Shown piece by piece: positions 9,272 through 18,670 of a DNA stretch of 63,930 bases. The notes beneath the pieces were generated by a model. The model worked only from the letters and a program-made list of their open reading frames with translations. It was not told where the DNA came from and made no database searches. The position numbers were made by a program, and so were the translations under genes. This stretch comes from a candidate division WWE3 bacterium CG08_land_8_20_14_0_20_40_13 (lineage in GTDB: Bacteria > Patescibacteriota > WWE3 > 0-14-0-20-40-13), in NCBI GenBank assembly GCA_002774285.1, contig PEYT01000023.1, positions 1 through 63,930 of the forward strand, in the 5' to 3' direction. Position 1 is the first letter of the stretch; every line of letters starts with the position of its first letter.

Positions 9272-12265
9272 ATGGAACCAATTCTATTTGCAGGTATTAT
9301 TTTATTAATATTATATTTCCTTTTGGCGAGACAGGATTTCGTTAAATCTATATACTATCTTATTCCTCTTTTACCTCTGGATAACAGGATCTATTTTAAC
9401 TGGGGATTTGAACGGGCAACCCCTGTTAGATGGGCTCTGGTCGGAGTGATACTGTTTTTTTTGTTTTCCAGCGCCCGACGCTTCGGAAAACTTAAGTTAC
9501 TTAAGTCACTTAAGGAACTTAGGCACAGCCTTGGAAAGGACAAATTCTTGGGCTTATTAGTTGTGGTATGGTTAATCCGTTTACTTTCCACAATCTGGTC
9601 ACTGGATTTCGCATCAAGTGTAAATATCAACATCTTCTTTACCGAAATAGTTTTGTTGTATTTGGTTTTAAAGAAGGCTTTTTTGGAAAAAGGTCAGGAA
9701 TTTGTTGCGAAATCATTAAAAATATATTTTTTAACCGGGGTAATACTGGCTTTGTGGTCTCCAGTTCAGTATTGGTTTTATAAGTTTCAGGATAGAGTTC
9801 TTCCCGGTGTGTGGCCTCTTCCAAATTCTCCGGTTAGAATAGGTTCGTTATTTTGGGACATTAACCATTACGGCGCATTTGCTGTAACGATAGTATTTTT
9901 GGGAGTGGCGTATCTGTTAAGCGTAAAGCGGAAAAAAGCAATCTTTATACTTCCAGCGTTTTTGATTACCGCGATCTCACTTGGAATGACGCTATCGCGG
10001 AGTGCGTTTATTGGTTTCGCCGGCGGTTTTTTTGTTTTTATATGCGGGATGTTTTATGGAAGACGAATCAAGCAGATACTGCTTGGACTTGCTGTACTTT
10101 TAACAATACTAGGAATTGGTTTTCTCGCAATTGACCGTGGTGTTGTTAAAGTTCCAAAAAATCTTTATGAAAGATTTTTTTCGTTAAATTTCTCATACAG
10201 GGTGTGGGATGATTCTATAAACGCTCATTCTGCGCTTATTCTTGGATCTTGGCAGATACTGGAAGACAATCCGGTAATAGGTGGCGGCTATGGATCTTTT
10301 GATAAAAAATTCCGTCTTACCCCAAATATCAAGGATTACTTCTCTTTGGATCCTGTAGAGGACGCAAAAATTCCTGCCCATAGCGTGTGGTTTGAAGCGT
10401 TATCTGCAACTGGATTTGTCGGAGCCGTTCCTTTTTATCTTCTAATCGGATTGCTTTTTGCATCGCTTTATCAGAAGACTCTTGTAGTTTTAAAGCTAGG
10501 AAAAAGCTTGTCTTTAATTCCACTCGGGGTTTTGTGTGGGCTAACCGCGATATTTTTATCGGGAATTTTTTATTCTTATAATTTGGAATTTTTCTTCTTT
10601 TTTGTGTTTATCGCGCTTTTTCTGTCGTGGGACGAGTATCAAAAAATTAACCTAAATTACAAGACCGCCCTAATTATTACTTTTTTAGTTACACTAGCCG
10701 GATCGTTTATCTTTTATAAATTAGGACGGCCAGCGCTTGCTGATTGGGATGAATCAATCTATGCGCAAATATCCCATAATATTCTTCACATTAAAGGTGA
10801 CGCCTTTGCGTTGGTCTGGCGGGAAGACGCTCTACGCGACGGTAAGGATTTTTGGTTTGAGAAACCGCCCTTATATATATGGCTTACCAGTTTCACTTAT
10901 TTTATTTTCGGAGTAAATGAATTTGCCGCAAGATTTGTTTCGGCGCTTGCCGGGGTTTTTGGAGTTCTCGTTGTGTATTTTTTTGGCCGGAAAATTTTTG
11001 GTGAAAGGATTGGAGTATTATCTGCTGTGGTCTTGGCAACCACAACGCATTGGATATTCCAATCCAGAAATGGTACTTTAGACGTTTTAACTTCCCTTTG
11101 GATACTTTGCGTAATGCTGTTTTTTTGGCTGGCTCGGAATAATCCCAAAAAATGGAAGTGGGTAGGGATCTTTCTGGGTTTAACAATGATGACAAAAGGC
11201 CCTATAGTTGCTATTCCTATAATATCGCTGGTTATATTTGTCTTATTAGACCTATTGGTTTTTAAAAGTTTGAGTTACCGGCTAAGAGATACTGGGAAAA
11301 TTATTTTGTGGTTTTTGATTATCGCCGTTCCGTGGCACGCAGTTGAAATTATCCGGTTTGGAAAAGAGTTTATTGATTCATATCTTTTCTATCACATTTT
11401 AGAAAGATCCCGCGGAATAGAAGGGCATCAAAACGATTTTTGGTGGTATTTAATAGTCCTTAAGGTTTGGTTTAGACAGTGGTTTGTTATTTTAATTCCA
11501 TCACTTATCCTAGGATTATTCGCTATATTTGCGAGGGATACAAAGCGCGAAGTCAGAAAACCCCTGCTTTTTCTTGTAGTGTGGTCGCTTGTTACATTTT
11601 TGGTTTTGTCCGCTTCGTCGTCAAAGATACAGTGGTACCTTATCCCAATATATCCTCCGTTAAGCATTATTGTGGGATGGTTCTTAATCAAAGCTTATAG
11701 TCTTATTGAGGATAAATTTAAAATTTTTAATTTTAAATTTTTAGTTGATTTAAAAATTATTAAATACATAGTTTTTGTTTTGATAATAACTGTGGCATCA
11801 ATATTCCTTGAGTTTCGATGGAAATCCATGTGGGTGGCGGAGGATGTAAATAGGGACATTGCGGTATTGGGAGCTACAGTTTCTGAGCTTAACGACGATC
11901 CCAGTTTTTTACCGCGTAAGGTCCCAATATACTTTTATAGCATGTCTCCGGGGCCTGCGTATTATTACATTCAAAGATTTTCTAGGCCGGTGGCACAAAA
12001 TCAGATAGAAGATATGATAAAAAGTCCGAGCGGGAAAGCCTTTATGGCGATGACCAAGGAATCCTCTTTCAAAAAGCTTATGGTAAAATACCCCAATCCT
12101 CATATAATGGTTTATAAAAAAGAAGGAGATTACGTACTTTTTGGGAAAGATTGGCCGCAAGTCAGTGCCAATTTCGCGCCGCAATTTTATCCTATAAACC
12201 CCTCGGAATATGATCCGTATTTCTTTGAAAAAGAATTATTTAATTCCAAATGGTTAAATGAATAG
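9272..12265 (+). CDS. fusion protein: O-antigen ligase/polymerase-like (Wzy_C) domain + GT39/ArnT-like GT-C glycosyltransferase
   Basis: N-terminal half has LSRSAFIG, AHSALILG and PAHSVWFEALSATGFVG (O-antigen-ligase-type loop). C-terminal half from about nt 10680 has WDESIYAQ (ArnT/PMT DE motif) and more TM helices. ATG at 9272 follows the upstream stop. Confidence 0.7.
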   Translation: MEPILFAGIILLILYFLLARQDFVKSIYYLIPLLPLDNRIYFNWGFERATPVRWALVGVILFFLFSSARRFGKLKLLKSLKELRHSLGKDKFLGLLVVVWLIRLLSTIWSLDFASSVNINIFFTEIVLLYLVLKKAFLEKGQEFVAKSLKIYFLTGVILALWSPVQYWFYKFQDRVLPGVWPLPNSPVRIGSLFWDINHYGAFAVTIVFLGVAYLLSVKRKKAIFILPAFLITAISLGMTLSRSAFIGFAGGFFVFICGMFYGRRIKQILLGLAVLLTILGIGFLAIDRGVVKVPKNLYERFFSLNFSYRVWDDSINAHSALILGSWQILEDNPVIGGGYGSFDKKFRLTPNIKDYFSLDPVEDAKIPAHSVWFEALSATGFVGAVPFYLLIGLLFASLYQKTLVVLKLGKSLSLIPLGVLCGLTAIFLSGIFYSYNLEFFFFFVFIALFLSWDEYQKINLNYKTALIITFLVTLAGSFIFYKLGRPALADWDESIYAQISHNILHIKGDAFALVWREDALRDGKDFWFEKPPLYIWLTSFTYFIFGVNEFAARFVSALAGVFGVLVVYFFGRKIFGERIGVLSAVVLATTTHWIFQSRNGTLDVLTSLWILCVMLFFWLARNNPKKWKWVGIFLGLTMMTKGPIVAIPIISLVIFVLLDLLVFKSLSYRLRDTGKIILWFLIIAVPWHAVEIIRFGKEFIDSYLFYHILERSRGIEGHQNDFWWYLIVLKVWFRQWFVILIPSLILGLFAIFARDTKREVRKPLLFLVVWSLVTFLVLSASSSKIQWYLIPIYPPLSIIVGWFLIKAYSLIEDKFKIFNFKFLVDLKIIKYIVFVLIITVASIFLEFRWKSMWVAEDVNRDIAVLGATVSELNDDPSFLPRKVPIYFYSMSPGPAYYYIQRFSRPVAQNQIEDMIKSPSGKAFMAMTKESSFKKLMVKYPNPHIMVYKKEGDYVLFGKDWPQVSANFAPQFYPINPSEYDPYFFEKELFNSKWLNE

Positions 12266-12292
12266 AAAGGCGGGTACTAACCCATGTAAATT

Positions 12293-13222
12293 ATGAAGAT
12301 GGACATTTCAATAATAGTTCTTACCTTTAACTGCGAAGTCTTTATTGGTGAGTGTTTAGAATCTTTACTGTCTTCAAAAGAAGTTTCTTTTTCCGGTTCA
12401 AAGAAGGCAAAATATCAAGGAGAAATAATTGTGACTGATAATAATTCCCGCGATAAAACCGTTTTTGAGGCCCAGAAATTTTCTCCTCCAATTGTCGTAA
12501 TAAAACTCTCCGAAAATAAGGGTTTCTCTTGGGGAAACAATCAAGCGCTCCATAGATCATCGGGGAAATACATTCTTTTTTTAAATGGTGATACTTATGT
12601 TGAAAAATATACTTTGCTCAAAATGCTTGATTTTATGGAAAAGAATGTAAGCGTTGGTGGATCAACTTGCTTTCTGGAACTTGTAAAATCAAAAACAATT
12701 GATCCGGCCTCTCATCGCGGATTTCCTACTCCATGGGCATCGTTAACTTATTTTTTGGGATTGGAAAAGATTTTTCCCAAGGTTAAATTTTTTTCTGGCT
12801 ACCACAAGTGGTATAAAGACTTAACAAAAATTCACGAGATAGATTCGCCGTCAGGTTCCTTTTTTCTTACCCGTAAAAAGATTTTGGATTATCTAAAAGG
12901 TTTTGATGAAAAATACTTTATGTACGGAGAAGATTTGGATTTATCTTACCGAATTAAAAAATTAGGTTGGAAAATATATTTTGTTCCAACAATCAAAGCT
13001 TATCACTATAAAGGGTTGTCCAGCGGAATAAAAAAGTTAACGGTCCCAGATTCAAAGGCGACCCCTGCGGAAAAGGAAAAAGCTTTTAATGCTTTTTACA
13101 CCGCCATGAAGATTTTTTATGATGCTCATTACAAATCAAAATATCCAAAAATCGTCCGCGCGCTAATTTTCTGGGCAATAGATTTTAAGAAATTCTTAAC
13201 TAAATCGAGTAGACGAGTGTAA
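12293..13222 (+). CDS. glycosyltransferase family 2 (rhamnosyltransferase-like)
   Basis: ISIIVLTFN, DNNSRDKT, LNGDT and YGEDLDLSYRIKKLGWKI are typical GT2 motifs. Confidence 0.85.
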   Translation: MKMDISIIVLTFNCEVFIGECLESLLSSKEVSFSGSKKAKYQGEIIVTDNNSRDKTVFEAQKFSPPIVVIKLSENKGFSWGNNQALHRSSGKYILFLNGDTYVEKYTLLKMLDFMEKNVSVGGSTCFLELVKSKTIDPASHRGFPTPWASLTYFLGLEKIFPKVKFFSGYHKWYKDLTKIHEIDSPSGSFFLTRKKILDYLKGFDEKYFMYGEDLDLSYRIKKLGWKIYFVPTIKAYHYKGLSSGIKKLTVPDSKATPAEKEKAFNAFYTAMKIFYDAHYKSKYPKIVRALIFWAIDFKKFLTKSSRRV

Positions 13223-13344
13223 TTTGGTTATATCTCGTGGTCTTCAGCGCTTTGTAAATTTCGCCCGTAAGCTTTTTGTGAGTTTTTTCATTTAAGTAAT
13301 ATTGCGAAAGGTGAGATTAAAAGGATACAATTTTATTGTAGAGG

Positions 13345-14490
13345 GTGACGAGGCAGGTGGGGGTTAATAGTTTTATGTTCTGTATGTTGGAAAATAGCAA
13401 AAGAATAATATTTGAATACGGCGAATTGTTTTGTGGCCCTGATGGATTATCGCTAGGGGCTAAAAATGCATTTGCAAAAGACCGTAACAGATTAACATAC
13501 TCAATCAGACATAAGTGGACTAATGACTATGACCAAGACAGTTGTAGAACATACACGAGAAATATTTGTCCTGATGAGGGGGGGTCTGTAATCTGTAAAG
13601 ATGTCAAGTCCTTAGATCCAGCCTCTCTTGGAAGTATTGACGCGTTTTCTTATGGATTTCCTTGCAATGATTTTAGTGTAATTGGGAAACAGAATGGTTT
13701 TAACGGAAATTTTGGAACCCTTTACGCATATGGGATGAAGATAATAAATAAGTTTAAGCCCAAGTTCGTTGTTGCAGAGAATGTTAACGGTTTGTCTTCC
13801 GTAGATGGCGGTCGGGCTCTAAAAAAAATACTGGACGAACTTTCTTTAGCTGGTGATGGTTACAAAATAGTTGCTCACTTATACAAAGCAGAGGATTATG
13901 GGGTACCACAAACAAGACACAGGATCATTATTGTTGGGATAGATAAAACATTGGGACTGTCCTTTAAAGTACCCGCCCCCACCCATAAAAATAGTCATAT
14001 TAGCTCCAGCGAAGCTTTAGAAAACCCTCCAATTGCAACAGGTGCGACCAATCACGACAAGAAGAAGCAATCAGAAATAGTTATCAAAAGACTTAGTTTT
14101 ATTAAACCCGGTCAGAATGCGTGGACAGCCGAATTGCCCGAGGAACTTAAGTTAAATGTTAAATCCGCTAAACTTGGCCAAATATATAGAAGATTGGATC
14201 CCGATAAACCTTCTTACACAATTACCGCAAGTGGTGGTGGCGGAACTCATGGTTACCATTATTCCGAGCCGAGGGCCCTTACAAATAGAGAAAGAGCGAG
14301 ACTTCAAACCTTCCCTGACGATTTTATTTTTGAGGGGCCAAACGAAAGTGTAAGAAGGCAAATTGGGATGGCGGTTCCGCCAAAGTTAGCCAATGTTATT
14401 TTTACTAGCATTCTGAAAACCTTTGCGAATATTGAATATCCCAGCATTGTCCCCAATATTCCAACAAATTATCAATTGAATATAGATTAA
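13345..14490 (+). CDS. DNA (cytosine-5)-methyltransferase
   Basis: C5-MTase motifs in order: FCGPDGLSLG (I), GFPCNDFS (IV, catalytic PC), AENVNGL (VI), QTRHRIIIVG (VIII), TNRERARLQTFPDDF (IX) and GMAVPP (X). The start may instead be ATG 13375 or 13384. Confidence 0.9.
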   Translation: MTRQVGVNSFMFCMLENSKRIIFEYGELFCGPDGLSLGAKNAFAKDRNRLTYSIRHKWTNDYDQDSCRTYTRNICPDEGGSVICKDVKSLDPASLGSIDAFSYGFPCNDFSVIGKQNGFNGNFGTLYAYGMKIINKFKPKFVVAENVNGLSSVDGGRALKKILDELSLAGDGYKIVAHLYKAEDYGVPQTRHRIIIVGIDKTLGLSFKVPAPTHKNSHISSSEALENPPIATGATNHDKKKQSEIVIKRLSFIKPGQNAWTAELPEELKLNVKSAKLGQIYRRLDPDKPSYTITASGGGGTHGYHYSEPRALTNRERARLQTFPDDFIFEGPNESVRRQIGMAVPPKLANVIFTSILKTFANIEYPSIVPNIPTNYQLNID

Positions 14491-14494
14491 CGCT

Positions 14495-14719
14495 ATGGAA
14501 CAAATAATAGAACATGTCTCCGATTACCTTAAAATTGACAAAGCAGAAGCTCCTGTCATAGTGGATAAAGCTATCATTGGTGGTGAGACAGATATCCAAA
14601 ATCTAACTAAAAAATTTGAGGGTATGGGTAAGTTTTCCCACGACAGAGGCTTCCTTTTTAATACAGGACAACTTAATTGGAAAAAACAGGATTGGGATTT
14701 ATTATTTGCTGGTCTTTAA
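14495..14719 (+). CDS. hypothetical protein (74 aa) immediately downstream of the methyltransferase
   Basis: ORF starts 5 nt after the MTase stop. No recognisable motif. Confidence 0.3.
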   Translation: MEQIIEHVSDYLKIDKAEAPVIVDKAIIGGETDIQNLTKKFEGMGKFSHDRGFLFNTGQLNWKKQDWDLLFAGL

Positions 14720-14838
14720 AATTACAATAAATATATTTAAGGATCTATGAAATCAACAAAAATCGCCTTGTTTAAAGATGAAAAAATTATTAGCGAATTA
14801 AATTTTCTTTCGCAAAGAGTACAAGAGTTGCAGTAGCT

Positions 14839-15996
14839 ATGAAAATTGGAATTGATGCGAGACTTTATTCACAAGCGGGTATTGGTAGATACATTCGTAA
14901 TATACTTTTAGCACTTGTGAAAATTGACCAGAATAATAATTATGTAGTTTATCTTGGGGAGGAGGATATTAGCAATTTTAAATTTTCAATTTTAAATTTT
15001 CAAAATAGAAATATTCAAGTCAAAAGCGCAAATTATCCGTGGTATTCCGTAAGTGAGCAAATATGCTTTCCTATCCGACTTTACAAAGATAAACTGGACC
15101 TTTTATTTGTTCCTCATTTTAACGCCCCAGTTCTGTACTTTAAAAAAACCGTCGTGACAGTGCACGATATGATAATGCATAAAGAGATTCCATCTTTGGA
15201 AGTGTCAACTAGACCCGCGCCCCTTTTTAATTTTAGGAGGTTCGTTTATAAAATAGTTTTTTTCTTCTCAATATTAAAAGCCAAGAAAATCTTTGTTCCA
15301 ACTAGATATGTTGGGGAGTTACTTTTAAATTACGCTCATTTTAATGTAGCCTCTAAAATCATCGTGACCCCTGAGGCAGTAGATCCAGTTTTTGTGAATA
15401 TTAATGACAAGCTATCTTTTGATCTTACCCGTGTTGGCGTAAACAAACCCTATTTATTATATGTCGGAAGCGCCTATCCACATAAAAACCTTAAGGATTT
15501 AGTTATTGCTTTTAAAAATGTATTGCCTAATTTTGAGGAGAAAGTTCAACTTATAATTCTTGGAAAAAGGGATATATTTTTGGGGAGATTGCGCGAATTT
15601 TCAAAAAGTCTCGGACTTGAAGAATCAGTTATTTTTCCTTCCTTTGTGGAAGGCATGGAAAAAATTAACGATTCTGTTCTTAAATCGTTCTATCAAAATG
15701 CCAATTCATACATTACCGCAAGTTTAGACGAGGGGTTTAATCTGACCCCGCTTGAAGCTATAGCAAATGGAATTCCCTGCGCAATCTCGGATATTCCAGC
15801 CCATAGGGAAATATATCAAGGAGCAGCATTATTTTTTAATCCACTAAGCATTAAAGAGATCGAAGAAGCTCTAGTGAAAATTGTCCAAGATCAAAAGCTC
15901 CGTGCCAGTCTTACAAAAGATGGTACGATATTGTTATCCAAGTATTCTTGGGGTAAAACGGCGCGGACTACTTTAAACGGTTTCCTTTCCTTTTAA
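14839..15996 (+). CDS. glycosyltransferase family 4
   Basis: DEGFNLTPLEAIANGIPCAISDIPAHREI is an E-x7-E region. Confidence 0.85.
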   Translation: MKIGIDARLYSQAGIGRYIRNILLALVKIDQNNNYVVYLGEEDISNFKFSILNFQNRNIQVKSANYPWYSVSEQICFPIRLYKDKLDLLFVPHFNAPVLYFKKTVVTVHDMIMHKEIPSLEVSTRPAPLFNFRRFVYKIVFFFSILKAKKIFVPTRYVGELLLNYAHFNVASKIIVTPEAVDPVFVNINDKLSFDLTRVGVNKPYLLYVGSAYPHKNLKDLVIAFKNVLPNFEEKVQLIILGKRDIFLGRLREFSKSLGLEESVIFPSFVEGMEKINDSVLKSFYQNANSYITASLDEGFNLTPLEAIANGIPCAISDIPAHREIYQGAALFFNPLSIKEIEEALVKIVQDQKLRASLTKDGTILLSKYSWGKTARTTLNGFLSF

Positions 15997-16027
15997 TTTA
16001 ATGTAAAATGCCAAAATACCTACAGAT

Positions 16028-16657
16028 ATGATTTTATACGAAGGTGTTAAGAGGGTTTTGGACATAGTTTTATCGCTGATTCTCTTAGTTATTCTATCCC
16101 CGGTTTTTACGCTAACATTTGTTAGCATATTTTTTTATGATTTTTGCCCGCCTCTCTATTCTCAAAAGAGAGTGGGAAGGTACCGTCACGAGTTTACTTT
16201 TTATAAGTTCCGTTCCATGGTAAAAAATGCTGATAAAATCCTTTTCGCCAATAAGGAGCTTTATAACCAAATGAGAAGTGGGACAAATAAAGTGGCTAAC
16301 GATCCTAGGATTACTCCAATTGGCAGGTTTATTAGAAAATTTTCCATCGACGAATTACCTCAAATATTTAATGTGTTAAAAGGCGATATGAGTTTGGTTG
16401 GTCCTAGGGCGCTTCGGCCTGACGAACTCTCTAAGTATGAGATGGAACATCCCAAAAGCAAACTACTAATTGATCAAATTTTAAGCGTTAGTCCCGGTAT
16501 TACAGGATATTGGCAGGTCAGCGGTAGATCAAGGATATCGTTTGACAAAAGAATGGAAATGGAGGCAGAATATTCCAATAAGAAGTCGATTCTTTTTGAT
16601 TTATTAATTATTTCAAAAACCCCGCTTGCTGTACTTCGGGCGGAGGGAGCTTATTAA
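16028..16657 (+). CDS. polyprenyl-phosphate sugar-1-phosphate transferase (Bac_transf, WbaP/WcaJ C-terminal type)
   Basis: N-terminal TM helix, KFRSM, DELPQIFNVLKGDMSLVGPRALRPDE and GITGYWQV. Confidence 0.85.
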   Translation: MILYEGVKRVLDIVLSLILLVILSPVFTLTFVSIFFYDFCPPLYSQKRVGRYRHEFTFYKFRSMVKNADKILFANKELYNQMRSGTNKVANDPRITPIGRFIRKFSIDELPQIFNVLKGDMSLVGPRALRPDELSKYEMEHPKSKLLIDQILSVSPGITGYWQVSGRSRISFDKRMEMEAEYSNKKSILFDLLIISKTPLAVLRAEGAY

Positions 16658-16663
16658 AAAATT

Positions 16664-18598
16664 ATGACCCCAAAATCAATTTATAAAACCTATGATGGTT
16701 TTGCTAAACCCCGCTTCTCGTTTCCAAAAATTGGTAAAAAGTTTAAGATTGCCATTTTGTCATTTTTTGTTTTGATAGTTCTTGCAATTGCTGGCGTTGG
16801 TTTTTTTGTTGTTTATCCAGTCTTAAGTTTAAAAGATCAAGCCCTTAAACTTAAAGACAACGCTGGGTTAATTAAGGATGCTTTAACGGATAAAGATATT
16901 GCATTGGCACGAGAGCGAATAGGAAGCACTAAATCTGAATTAGAGAATTTTGAGGTGTCTTATACAAAAGCCATGACCGTTGTTTCCAAAATTCCCATGG
17001 TAAAACCTTACTATAACGATGGGATTCACGCTATTACCGCCTCTAAACGGGGTCTTAATATTGGAATTGAGCTTTTGACTATATTGGAGCCATTCTCATC
17101 CCAGCTAGGTTTTAAAGATGGTACCGATATGGAAGCTGTTGATAATAAAACCCGTATTTTTAATTTAATAAAGCTAATGCCGGAAATTTCTCCTCAGGTT
17201 AGCGCGTCATTATCAAAAATCTCTGAGGTAGATAAAGAGATATCTTATATAGACGAGTCGCGATATCCAGAGGAACTCCGTGGGTTAAAGATTCGGGGAA
17301 ATATTTCACAGGTTAAATCTCTTCTCCATGAATTAAGCGTTAAGGCGCCTACTTTTGATAAGCTTTTCTCCTTGATCCCCGAAATAATGGGGCTTTCACA
17401 GCCCAAAACCTATCTGCTTTTAATGGCTAACAATTACGAGCTTAGAATGTCTGGTGGTTTTAACACATATCTAGTTTTAACGAAAATTGATAAAGGCGTT
17501 CCGACCGTGATCATGTCGCTAGATACTTACGATATTGATAAAGACAAAAGCTTTTTGGTTTACCGCAATGTGCCTGCGCATCTTAGGGACTATCTATTAG
17601 TTTCAAGATATTACGCCAGAGATGCAACAAGCAACTCTCCTGATTTTAAGGTAGCTTTGGACGAATTCCTAGCTAAATTCTGGAAAGTGGATTACTCCAT
17701 GCCCCAAAAATTTGATGGTGTTATTCAAGTTAATAACAATGTTGTGGAAAATTTACTTAAGGTGGTAGGCCCTGTTACCACTGGTGGTTACTCTGTAAAA
17801 ACCGATCAAGGAACTTATATTACAGTACCTAAACAGGAATTTAATTCTGAAAATGTGATAATGGAGCTGGAAAAGATTGCTGGGGGATCGCTATCAGAAA
17901 CAATCGGTCGTAAAGATATCATTAGATATTTAATGCTTTCTATAATGGATAAGGCATTAAATACACCGGCGGAAAACCTTGGAAATTTGGCTCAGACATT
18001 GTTTTCCGATCTAAATCAGAAGAACATCCTATTGCATTTTTTTGATCCAGGGGCGCAGGCTTCTATAGAATCGTTAGGGTATGGAGGAACCTTAGTTCCG
18101 GTTCCCGCAGGATACGATTACTTGCAAGTTAATAACAGCAACTATGGTGCCGGAAAGCGAGATTGGCTAATGGAAAGAGAGGTATGGAAGGAAACCAACG
18201 TGGAAAATGGAAAACTGGTAGCAATAGTTAAAATGAAAACAGTTAACCCGCAAAGTCCCCCATGGTGGCAATGGATGAAATTTTACCGCGATTATTTTAG
18301 AATTTATACTCCATTAGGATCAAAGCTTATATCAGCTACAAGTTCGGATGGACAAGACCTAAAAGCCAAAGAGATTGAGGATCTTGGAAAAACGGCTATA
18401 GAGGGATTTTTTAGGCTTGAAGAAAACTCCGAAAACACCATAACCGTAAAATACGAGCTTCCGGCAACAGTAAGCATAGGCGCTTATAAACTTATTATAC
18501 AAAAGCAGTCGGGGGTAAAAAATGTTTCCTATACGGTAAGTTATAAGGGGACATCCAAGAGCTTCGACCTTGTGACGGATAAAGAAATATCTTTCTAG
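16664..18598 (+). CDS. DUF4012-like membrane-anchored protein
   Basis: N-terminal TM anchor and a large extracytoplasmic domain. MANNYELRMSGGFNTY resembles the DUF4012 core. Sits next to the priming transferase. Confidence 0.5.
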   Translation: MTPKSIYKTYDGFAKPRFSFPKIGKKFKIAILSFFVLIVLAIAGVGFFVVYPVLSLKDQALKLKDNAGLIKDALTDKDIALARERIGSTKSELENFEVSYTKAMTVVSKIPMVKPYYNDGIHAITASKRGLNIGIELLTILEPFSSQLGFKDGTDMEAVDNKTRIFNLIKLMPEISPQVSASLSKISEVDKEISYIDESRYPEELRGLKIRGNISQVKSLLHELSVKAPTFDKLFSLIPEIMGLSQPKTYLLLMANNYELRMSGGFNTYLVLTKIDKGVPTVIMSLDTYDIDKDKSFLVYRNVPAHLRDYLLVSRYYARDATSNSPDFKVALDEFLAKFWKVDYSMPQKFDGVIQVNNNVVENLLKVVGPVTTGGYSVKTDQGTYITVPKQEFNSENVIMELEKIAGGSLSETIGRKDIIRYLMLSIMDKALNTPAENLGNLAQTLFSDLNQKNILLHFFDPGAQASIESLGYGGTLVPVPAGYDYLQVNNSNYGAGKRDWLMEREVWKETNVENGKLVAIVKMKTVNPQSPPWWQWMKFYRDYFRIYTPLGSKLISATSSDGQDLKAKEIEDLGKTAIEGFFRLEENSENTITVKYELPATVSIGAYKLIIQKQSGVKNVSYTVSYKGTSKSFDLVTDKEISF

Positions 18599-18628
18599 TT
18601 CAGAGTTTAGAGTTTAAAATTTAGTTCT

Positions 18629-18655
18629 GGTGGAACTATTAAGGGTTCCACCCGA
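18629..18655. repeat. degenerate REP-like palindrome (GGTGGAAC...GGGTTCCACCCGA)
   Basis: GGTGGAAC / GTTCCACC arms with an 8-nt loop. The right half GGGTTCCACCCGA matches the arm of the 31-nt palindromes at 57896 and 58639. Confidence 0.45.
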
Positions 18656-18670
18656 TTCAACTCATCATAA

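Noticed and set aside
9495-9514. Near-identical 21-nt string AAGTTAyyTAAGTCACTTAAG, containing the palindrome CTTAAGTCACTTAAG. It occurs in the ligase-fusion gene and again in ileS (52404-52424)
   Set aside because: Both lie in frame inside Lys/Leu/Ser-rich coding segments (KLLKSLK and KLSKSLK). With AT-rich codon usage I cannot exclude chance convergence. There is no flanking repeat structure indicating a mobile insert.
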